Origin: an uncultured Faecalibacterium sp.
GTDB taxonomy: Bacteria; Bacillota; Clostridia; Oscillospirales; Acutalibacteraceae
Assembly: GCA_964458915.1 (NCBI GenBank)
Contig: CAYWKY010000001.1
Span: 1 to 38,492, forward strand
Direction: 5' to 3'
DNA: 38,492 nt
Both the position numbers and the translations under genes were made by a program. This document shows positions 22,197 through 29,500 of this stretch, in pieces (the first letter of the stretch is position 1; the number at the start of each line of letters is the position of its first letter). The notes below the pieces were generated by a model. That model had not been told where the DNA came from. It searched no databases and saw only the letters and a list, made by a program, of their open reading frames with translations.

Positions 22197-24750
22197 CCAC
22201 GGCGAAGCTCTTGTAGAGCTTATCAACGGCTTACTTCCCGATCTCAAAGTTGAGGGTAAGGACGGTACCGTTCACGTAATCAAGGCTCTCAAGGAAGACT
22301 TCTTCATCGAACTTGCTAAGGCAGCAATTAAGGTTGACGTACCTAAGAACCCGGCTCTTAACGCCGAAGTTACTAAGTGGCACGTTGAAACAGGCGACAC
22401 ACTTATGTTCATCCTTGACACAGTTCTTACTAAGGACTTCCTTAACATTCTTTGCACTGCACTCGGTATCAACGCAAAGAATGAACAGGGCGAGGAAAAT
22501 CAGATTTATAACATCCTCATGTCACTCGTTGACAAGGAAGAGGAAATTCTTGACCTTCTCATTGACCTGCTTGCTAAGTACTTAGTTGAATATAAGGCTT
22601 ATAAGCAGCAGCCCATTGACAAGACTCAGATGACCTCAGAGAGTACAAACGAACAGTTTAACAGCATTGTTTCTAACCTTGACGCTCTTATCCCGACAAT
22701 CCTTAGCCTTGTTGGTCTTAAGGATTCAGAGGGCAAGGACGTAACAAGCCTTGAAGATCTTATCAATGGCTTCCTTAACGACTCAATTGCTGATATGCTC
22801 GTTGGCATGATCGCAGAGCTTCTCTCCGGTCTTAAAGCTGAGGATATAGATCCTATTCTCGGTTATGTACGCTCACTCACAAATCTCACCGACCTTGACA
22901 TAGCTCCCAAGGCATTCGCAAATGACTTCTTTGGCTCAAAGGTTAAGCAGTTCTTTGCTGATACAGCTGCGGCAGCAAATACAACAATCGACAAGCTCAC
23001 ATGGGCTCAGGTTTGGACACTTAACAGCCATGAGGTTACTGACGCTGAAGGCAAGGTAACTCGTGAATTTAACGGTTACAACTGGGGCGTTAAGAGTCTT
23101 CGCGACCTTATCAACCTTGTTTGCGACTTCATCAAGCCTCTTGATTGCGTACTCGCAGTACTCATTCAGGGTGGTCAGGTAGAATCAGAGTTTATCGCTA
23201 GCGGTAAAACATCAGTTGGTAAGCCAATCAGCGCTCTTGACGAAATCAACATCATGGGCGGTATGGGTTACAACTATGCAATCTTACCTCTTCTTGAACT
23301 CCTCGGCGTTGACGCTATGAGTCAGGATACATTCGATGCAACAGTACTCGAAAATAACGGTAGCGTTCTTTATCCGATACTTGATATGCTCGACACAGCT
23401 ATCTACGGCTCAATTGATTCAAATGGCAACAGACAGGACGACGGCATACTTAAGAACCCGATCAACTGGCTCACAAGTATCCTCGCTAACCTTTGCTACG
23501 TTCTCGGTAACGACGATATTACAACTATCGTTGACAACCTCATCGCTCCTGTTAACCAGCTTATCGCTAAGGTTGACAAGATAATCCCCATCGCTATTGA
23601 AATTAACCTCGGTTATATCAATACCGATAAGAAAGTTGTCCAGATGTACCTCGGTACTGAGCATCCGGGCATTGAATCCGGTATCCACATTATCGTTAAG
23701 GGCGACGACATCGCAGCATTGCTCGAAAATCTCCTTGCAACACTTGAGATTGAGGGTAAGGCTCTCGGCATTAAGGTTGACCTTGATTGGCTCGCACTTG
23801 TCGGTAAGGCAGGTAAGGACGCTAACGGTGACGGTAAGGTTGACTTCAGCAAGACAAGACTCGACGATAAGTTCGACATCTTCAACGGCACAACCTACAG
23901 CACAATCGTTGGCGACCCGGCTGACACCTTCGTAACACTTCTTGATGTTGTTATAGGTGAAAAGGGTGAAGACGGCAAGACTAACATCGATAGAATCCTC
24001 GAAGCTCTCGGCGTTGAACTCAGCCCCGAAATCAAGGATATTATCGACCAGGTAGTTGAAGATCCTTCAAAGATCATCGACCTTATCGCAGGTCTTCTCG
24101 GCGAAACAACCTATCAGCCTGTACAGAACAGACCTATCGCTGTTACCGGCGAAGATTATAGAGGCTATCTGACCTTCACAGAGCAAAACGCTGACATAAT
24201 CGCTAACAACCTTGACGCACTTATAGTTGACATTCTCAACGCAGCAGGCGTTGGTTCACTCAGAGGTCTTCTTGCACCGTATATTTCAAACAAGACTGTT
24301 AACCAGCTTCTTGATATGATTATCGGTCTGCTTGCAGGCGACTCAGTAGGACCTATCCTTGAAACAGTTGCAAGCCTCAACCTTGGCATTGAGATTCCGC
24401 TTACTCTTAAGTCATTCTCAGCTAAGATCAGCGAGCTTGCTAAGACAAGAAGCTACCTTAAGGGCATCGCTGCTCACCTTGAAAAGGCTGTTAAAGCCGG
24501 TGGCGACAACGCTAACTGGTCAAATGTAACTTCACTTCAGGAAGCTAACATTAATTGGGAAGTTACCGACGGTAACACCAACCAGTTCACACGTGCACTT
24601 GCAGGCTTCTTAACACCGCTTAACGATCTGTTTGAGCTTCTGCTTATCGGCGAAAGCACAGGCATTAAGCTTGACCTGTTAGGTATCGCTCAAATCGGTG
24701 GCGGTAACGGATATGATTACGCAATCATCCCGCTTCTCGAAGCTCTCGGC
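1698..24750 (+). repeat. Protein-level array of 14 diverged modules within the giant gene (not a DNA-identical repeat)
   Basis: Conserved cores (GGxGY..PLLEALG type) lie at 1698-1748, 3810-3863, 6000-6053, 7998-8051, 9843-9896, 11796-11852, 13674-13727, 15372-15425, 16929-16982, 18420-18473, 19941-19994, 21438-21491, 23254-23307 and 24697-24750. Each is followed about 40-60 aa later by a (L/I)-P-x-L-x-Y-F-x-x-S-(D/N)-G-L-x-x-x-V-x-N-L-L-x-P-V motif. Each is preceded by an F-T-D-D-M-(I/V)-N-x-L-x-x-L-(I/V)-G-L-L-x-G type helix. Confidence 0.85.
21808..22579 (+). repeat. Exact head-to-tail tandem duplication, unit 385 bp (2 copies plus 2 nt), inside the giant gene
   Basis: nt 21808-22194 appear identical by eye to nt 22193-22579 (offset 385). 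The identical shadow ORFs 21887..22087 and 22272..22472 confirm the offset. 385 is 3x128+1, so the reading frame shifts. The junction reads aag|tga, placing TGA at 22194-22196. There is a 2-nt GT microhomology at the junction. Confidence 0.95.
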
Positions 24751-25776
24751 TTCCCCGCAGAACAAGTTCTCACTCACAGACAGTTTATGACCGCTGTTGA
24801 GAAAGACGAGACTCAGCTTCTCGGCTACCTCCTTAACAAGGTTGCAGAGCTTGTTAATAAGATCCTTGACAGACCTATTGATACAATTCTCGGACTCCTT
24901 CCGAATCTTGCATACTTCTTCTCAAATGAAGGCTTACTGCTTACAGTTAAGAACCTCATTGCTCCGATCTACACAGTACTCATCACAGTAACAAATGTTC
25001 TTGGTGTTAATATTGAAAGCTATCTCAAGCTTGAAGAACTTCTTCACAGCATTGACCTTGGCATCGTAGTTGGTGAGAGCAAGTATGACTTCAGAATTCC
25101 TGTAATCGATTGGCATAAGCTTGCTACTAAGGGTGGCGACAAGGCTCAGGAGGTTAACACCTCACGTTCCTATGAAGCTAACTCCTATGTACAGGAAATG
25201 AAGGCTGATGAATATGCAGCTTACACTAAGGCTAATCCGGATGCAGCTCACAAGACAACTCAGAAGCATATCGTAGCCGATAAGGGCGATACACTTACTG
25301 TTATACTTGCATGGGTATTCGATATGTTCGGTGACGCACACAACAGAGAGGCACTTGTTCAGTGGATCGTAGACTTCTTCGATCTTAAGAGTGGTGCTGA
25401 AGAAACTGTAAGATATGCAATTAACCAGCTCTTCAACCAGGCTGAGATGAACAACTCAACTGATATTCTTGTATCAGCTCTTATGATTGCTCTCGGCGTA
25501 GGCGTTGGTGTTGACAAGGCTATTATGGGCGACATCAAGTCAATCGTTGAAATCTATCGCCAGCTCTTCGGAGCAATCGGTGACGGTTCAGGTTCAATCT
25601 ACGGTTCAATCGCATCCGCAATGGAAGAACTTACCGGCGTTTGGTACGATACAATCGGTACACCTGAAGAAGGCGATGACGTTAAGGACGAAGTTGAAGA
25701 AAACCTCAACTGGTTCCAGAGACTCTTTAAGAAGATTAAGGAATTCTTCCAGAAGATTTTCGGTATCTTTGGTTAA
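22195..25776 (+). CDS. 3' remainder of the same giant gene, shifted +1 by the duplication. It carries the last two modules plus a unique C-terminal tail. If the duplication is real, this piece is effectively a pseudogene fragment.
   Basis: From nt 22195 the translation reads DHGEALVELING..., identical to copy 1, then continues YLVEYKAYKQQ... to TAA at 25774-25776. The tracked ORF start at 21928 (MLRQQLRL...) is an out-of-frame reading of copy 1, not a real N-terminus. Deleting one 385-bp copy joins 57..25776 into 25335 nt, which is 8444 codons plus stop. Confidence 0.85.
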   Translation, partial: DHGEALVELINGLLPDLKVEGKDGTVHVIKALKEDFFIELAKAAIKVDVPKNPALNAEVTKWHVETGDTLMFILDTVLTKDFLNILCTALGINAKNEQGEENQIYNILMSLVDKEEEILDLLIDLLAKYLVEYKAYKQQPIDKTQMTSESTNEQFNSIVSNLDALIPTILSLVGLKDSEGKDVTSLEDLINGFLNDSIADMLVGMIAELLSGLKAEDIDPILGYVRSLTNLTDLDIAPKAFANDFFGSKVKQFFADTAAAANTTIDKLTWAQVWTLNSHEVTDAEGKVTREFNGYNWGVKSLRDLINLVCDFIKPLDCVLAVLIQGGQVESEFIASGKTSVGKPISALDEINIMGGMGYNYAILPLLELLGVDAMSQDTFDATVLENNGSVLYPILDMLDTAIYGSIDSNGNRQDDGILKNPINWLTSILANLCYVLGNDDITTIVDNLIAPVNQLIAKVDKIIPIAIEINLGYINTDKKVVQMYLGTEHPGIESGIHIIVKGDDIAALLENLLATLEIEGKALGIKVDLDWLALVGKAGKDANGDGKVDFSKTRLDDKFDIFNGTTYSTIVGDPADTFVTLLDVVIGEKGEDGKTNIDRILEALGVELSPEIKDIIDQVVEDPSKIIDLIAGLLGETTYQPVQNRPIAVTGEDYRGYLTFTEQNADIIANNLDALIVDILNAAGVGSLRGLLAPYISNKTVNQLLDMIIGLLAGDSVGPILETVASLNLGIEIPLTLKSFSAKISELAKTRSYLKGIAAHLEKAVKAGGDNANWSNVTSLQEANINWEVTDGNTNQFTRALAGFLTPLNDLFELLLIGESTGIKLDLLGIAQIGGGNGYDYAIIPLLEALGFPAEQVLTHRQFMTAVEKDETQLLGYLLNKVAELVNKILDRPIDTILGLLPNLAYFFSNEGLLLTVKNLIAPIYTVLITVTNVLGVNIESYLKLEELLHSIDLGIVVGESKYDFRIPVIDWHKLATKGGDKAQEVNTSRSYEANSYVQEMKADEYAAYTKANPDAAHKTTQKHIVADKGDTLTVILAWVFDMFGDAHNREALVQWIVDFFDLKSGAEETVRYAINQLFNQAEMNNSTDILVSALMIALGVGVGVDKAIMGDIKSIVEIYRQLFGAIGDGSGSIYGSIASAMEELTGVWYDTIGTPEEGDDVKDEVEENLNWFQRLFKKIKEFFQKIFGIFG

Positions 25777-25817
25777 GTCACACGGTGATTGTAAAAGTCA
25801 CAACTGAATAAAAAATT

Positions 25818-25850
25818 CTCCCCATCTCAATTGAGGTGGGGAGTTTTTTT
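25818..25850. terminator. Rho-independent, probably bidirectional, terminator after the giant gene
   Basis: An 11-bp stem pairs ctccccatctc (25818-25828) with gaggtggggag (25833-25843), including one G-U pair. The loop is aatt and T7 follows (25844-25850). An A-rich run precedes the stem (aataaaaaatt), so the reverse strand also reads as hairpin plus U-tract. The site lies between convergent genes. Confidence 0.8.
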
Positions 25851-25877
25851 GGTATGTAACAGGGGAAGTGGGTAAAT

Positions 25878-25924
25878 GGGGACAGGTACATTTTGTGTTC
25901 TACAACACAAAAGTACCTGTCCCC
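25878..25924. repeat. Long inverted repeat / hairpin (12 bp + bulged A + 9 bp stem, loop ctac)
   Basis: ggggacaggtacattttgtgtt (25878-25899) pairs with aacacaaaagtacctgtcccc (25904-25924). There is no clear U-tract on either strand. It sits 19 nt downstream of the stop of the - strand membrane protein gene and is followed by a tandem 9-mer, ctgtggttt x2 (25924-25941). Confidence 0.7.
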
Positions 25925-25942
25925 TGTGGTTTCTGTGGTTTC

Positions 25943-26488
25943 TCAACCTAATTTATATACATATACTAAAAACGAAATCACAAAAAATATAGTGGAATAT
26001 ATCATAACAATAAGAGCTAAGTTTTTAATTGTTTTAAGCTCTATAGTTGAATTTGCTAATTCCTCCGGTGAAGCATTTTCATGATATTCGTTTCTGGCTT
26101 CAAGTATATCTTTAACTGAGCATGATATAACGATTATATCCAGAATAAAAATTATCATTAAGACAAACAATGAGAGAGCGAAGCCAACAAACTCATCGTT
26201 ATACAAGTTATCAATTGTATGAAGTATTTTTATTACAGGTAATGCCGCAGTTAAAGCAGTAAAAAAGGGTACCTTAAAAAAGATTTTTAGAAAGCTTTCG
26301 TTTATGATATATTTATATTTTGCAACGGGGCTTAGCGTTGACAAGTCAATAGTCGGCGCAGTGGTCTTCGGCATTTTCTCTCTCTTTGGCTTATCGTTAA
26401 ATGCCCATATAGCTATGCCGCTGTATATTAACAGCTCTATTAAATCAAAGAGTATGCCTATATCCTTGCTTGAGCTTTTCTTTGCCAT
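25943..26488 (-). CDS. Small integral membrane protein (about 4 predicted TM helices), function unknown
   Basis: 181-aa ORF with four hydrophobic stretches (IGILFDLIELLIYSGIAIWAF, FFKVPFFTALTAALPVIKIL, FVGFALSLFVLMIIFILDIIVISCSV, LALIVMIYSTIFFVISFLVYVY). AAGGAG lies 7 nt upstream of the ATG (26495-26500 on the - strand). The gene is AT-rich. No family recognised. Confidence 0.65.
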   Translation of the reverse strand: MAKKSSSKDIGILFDLIELLIYSGIAIWAFNDKPKREKMPKTTAPTIDLSTLSPVAKYKYIINESFLKIFFKVPFFTALTAALPVIKILHTIDNLYNDEFVGFALSLFVLMIIFILDIIVISCSVKDILEARNEYHENASPEELANSTIELKTIKNLALIVMIYSTIFFVISFLVYVYKLG

Positions 26489-26513
26489 AATAACACTCCT
26501 TATTTTTTATGCT

Positions 26514-26542
26514 ATAATAGCACAACCTTCCCTCTTTGTCTA
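26514..26542 (-). promoter_or_regulatory. Putative sigma-A type promoter for the membrane protein gene
   Basis: On the - strand: TAGACA (26542-26537), a 17-nt spacer, then TATTAT (26519-26514), about 25 nt upstream of the ATG. Sequence pattern only. Confidence 0.3.
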
Positions 26543-26582
26543 TACTGTTTTTTGGACTGTATCCTTTGAAGCCTTGGGAAAA

Positions 26583-29500
26583 TTATTTGTTTTCCTGAGT
26601 TCTTCCCATAACCTCAATCATATCCTTAATGCCGTCAACAGGGCTTCTGCCTTTGAGCCTGAAAACAACATAGGGTGCAGCTCCTGCGGCTTTAACCATT
26701 CCTTTGCCTGCCATATTGCCGGCTATTTCTACAATTCGCTCCGGCGGCAATTCGTTAAGATAGGCTATGATGCTGTCCTTATCCTGCTTTATCTCGTATA
26801 TGCCAAGGTTTGCCGCATAAGCTCGAAGCAGTGCCACATCAACAAGGCCCTTAACCGCCTTAGGCGGTTCACCAAAACGGTCAATAAGCTCGTCCATTAC
26901 GTCCATAGCATCTTCGCCTGTTTGGATAGATGCGATTCGTTTATACATAAATATTCTGTTTTTAACAGAGTCAATATAATCTTCGGGAATGTGTGCGTCA
27001 ACGCTGATGTCAACAACACATTCTCTTTTTTCTTTGACTTCTTCGCCGGTTTTCTCTTCTTCAATAGCTTCGCCTAAAAGCTGAAGGTACATATCATAGC
27101 CTACAGCTTCCATATGACCGTGCTGTTGTGAGCCTAAAATATTACCTGCACCTCTTATTTCAAGGTCACGCTGTGCAATTCTGAAGCCTGAACCAAATTG
27201 AGTGAACTCTTTAATAGCGCCAAGTCGCCTTTGAGCGATTTCGCTAAGTGCCTTTTGAGCGTTATAAGTGAAGTAGGCGAAGGCGCGTCTTTGGCTTCTG
27301 CCCACGCGACCTCTTATTTGGTGAAGTTGGGCAAGACCTAATCTGTCTGCGTCTTCAATAATAAGGGTGTTTGCGTTAGGTACGTCTACACCTGTTTCTA
27401 TAATAGTGGTGCAAACAAGAATATTTATCTCGTTTTCAAGCAGCTGTCTCCAAACCTCGCTTAGCTCCTCCTCGCTCATTTTGCCGTGACCGATGCCGAT
27501 TTTTGCGTCGGGGATAAGATCTTTGATTTGCGCCGCTGTTTTTTCAATAGTGTCAACCTTGTTGTGAAGATAATAAACCTGACCGCCTCTTCTAAGCTCT
27601 CTTTCCATAGCTTCGCTGAGTACCGCCATATTATGCGGCAGGACATAGGTTTGCACAGGATGTCTGCCCACAGGTGGAATCTCCAAAACCGACATATCTC
27701 TTATGCCTGCCATTGCCATGTTAAGGGTACGTGGGATAGGTGTAGCTGAAAGGGTCAAAACGTCCACCAAGGGGAATTTTTCCTTAAGCTTTTCTTTTTG
27801 AGCCACACCGAAACGCTGTTCCTCGTCAACGATTAGCAGACCTAAATCCTTAAAGGTTACACTTTTGGCAATAAGGGAATGAGTTCCCACTATTATGTCT
27901 ATGCTGCCTTGCTTTAAGCGCTTTTTGATTTTTGTGCGCTGAGTTGGTGTTCTAAAGCGTGAAATCATTTCAATTTCAACGGGGAAACCGTCAAAGCGTT
28001 TTTTTATGGTTTGATAATGCTGAAAAGCTAAGATAGTTGTGGGTACGAGAATAGCGCACTGCTTGCCGTCGGCTATGCACTTAAAGGCGGCTCGCAAGGC
28101 TACCTCAGTTTTGCCGAAGCCAACATCGCCGCAAAGGAGTCTATCCATAGGCGCATTTCTTTCCATGTCTCGCTTTATTTCATTGACAGCTTCTATTTGG
28201 TCATCGGTTTCCTCAAACTCAAAGCGACGCTCAAAGTCGTTTTGCATATCAATATCCGGCGAAAAAGCGTAGCCGGGGGTGTTCATTCTCTTTTGATATA
28301 TTTTTGTCAGCTCTGCCGCCATATCCTTTACGGCAGCTTTTACTCTTTTTTGAGTCTTTTTCCACTCGTCAGAGCCTAAACGGTTGAGCTTAACCGCCTT
28401 GTCGCTATCCTTTGGCGAAATATATTTGCTGATTAAATCCAGCTGAGTTACAGGCAGATAAAGCACATCTGTGCCACGGTAGTTGATTTTAATAAAGTCT
28501 TTTACTGCCGAGTCAACCTTCATGGTTTTTATGCCGTCAAAAACACCTATGCCGTAAATAGCGTGAACAATATAGTCCCCATTTGATATTTCCTCTAAGG
28601 AGGTTATTCCCTTGCCCTTTTTAAATTTTTTCTTTGGCTTTGCTGCTGTGTTGCCTGAGTTTTTGCCATAGGTAAAAAGGGTGAAGGAAAGGGAGTTATA
28701 TTCAAATCCTGAGCTTACAGTGCCGGCAAGAACACTTACACTGCCTTTGGGAAACTCGCCGGGTACAACAGGAAAATAGTGGGAAGAAAAGCCTTCGCTT
28801 TCTAAGTCATAAGACAGCTCTTTTGCGCTTTTTTCTGTGCCTGCCATAACAACAACGCTATATTTTCTTTTAATTAGAGGCTCAATATCCTCTGTCAGAT
28901 AGCTTAAAGTGCCGTCCCAACGGGCAAGCTGACCGGCTGTAACACTCACAAGCTCTTTAACGGGAATATCAAAAGAGCCTCGTGTCAGGTTATCCATGAA
29001 AATTGCACCATGCTTTGTGTAGCGGGAAGTGATTTCATTCCATGTAAGAGAATATGTGTCAATGCCCTTTGTCAGCACACCGTCCTCAAACATAGTACGC
29101 ACATCCTCTAAAAGAAGCTGATGCACTGAGGTGTATTTCTGCGCCGTTAAAGCACTTTCACAGACAAAGAGCAATCCGTCGTCAAGATAGTCGAAAACTG
29201 TACTAAGCTGCTCATAGGCTAAATCTAAATAGCGATCGCTTGCGCTGACATTAATATAGCGAGAAAGCTTTTCTATATCCTCGTTTATTGAGGCTTTGAC
29301 TTTGACGCTGCCTTTGCCCTTAACGGTTAAAACAAAGCTTTCTAACTTGGCTTTCATATCCTCGGCGCTGTCAAACAAAACCTCCATTGCCGGGGTGATG
29401 CTCACCTCGTCGAGAATATCAGTTCGTCTTTGTGTGTCCAGGTCAAAAAGGGAAATGGAATCTATAGTGTCGCCCCAAAATTCCAATCGCACAGGAGAAG

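Noticed and set aside
1698-24750. The GGxGY cores as RTX/hemolysin-type calcium repeats, or the array as a CRISPR-like or satellite DNA repeat
   Set aside because: The motif occurs once per 480-730-aa module, not as tandem GGxGxDxUx nonapeptides. The repetition is at the protein level, with diverged DNA and an intact reading frame. It is therefore neither a CRISPR array nor a DNA satellite.
25777-25942. A tRNA, small RNA gene or riboswitch in the intergenic regions (also 26489-26582, 36581-36740 and 38423-38492)
   Set aside because: The regions are short and are accounted for by terminator hairpins, promoters and RBSs. No cloverleaf-compatible or known riboswitch consensus was recognisable by eye. 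An sRNA cannot be excluded without expression data.
26304-27077. 257-aa + strand ORF spanning the membrane protein gene and the end of mfd
   Set aside because: It is antisense to two well-supported genes (mfd has unambiguous motifs), it crosses their intergenic region, and it has no RBS. Spurious.
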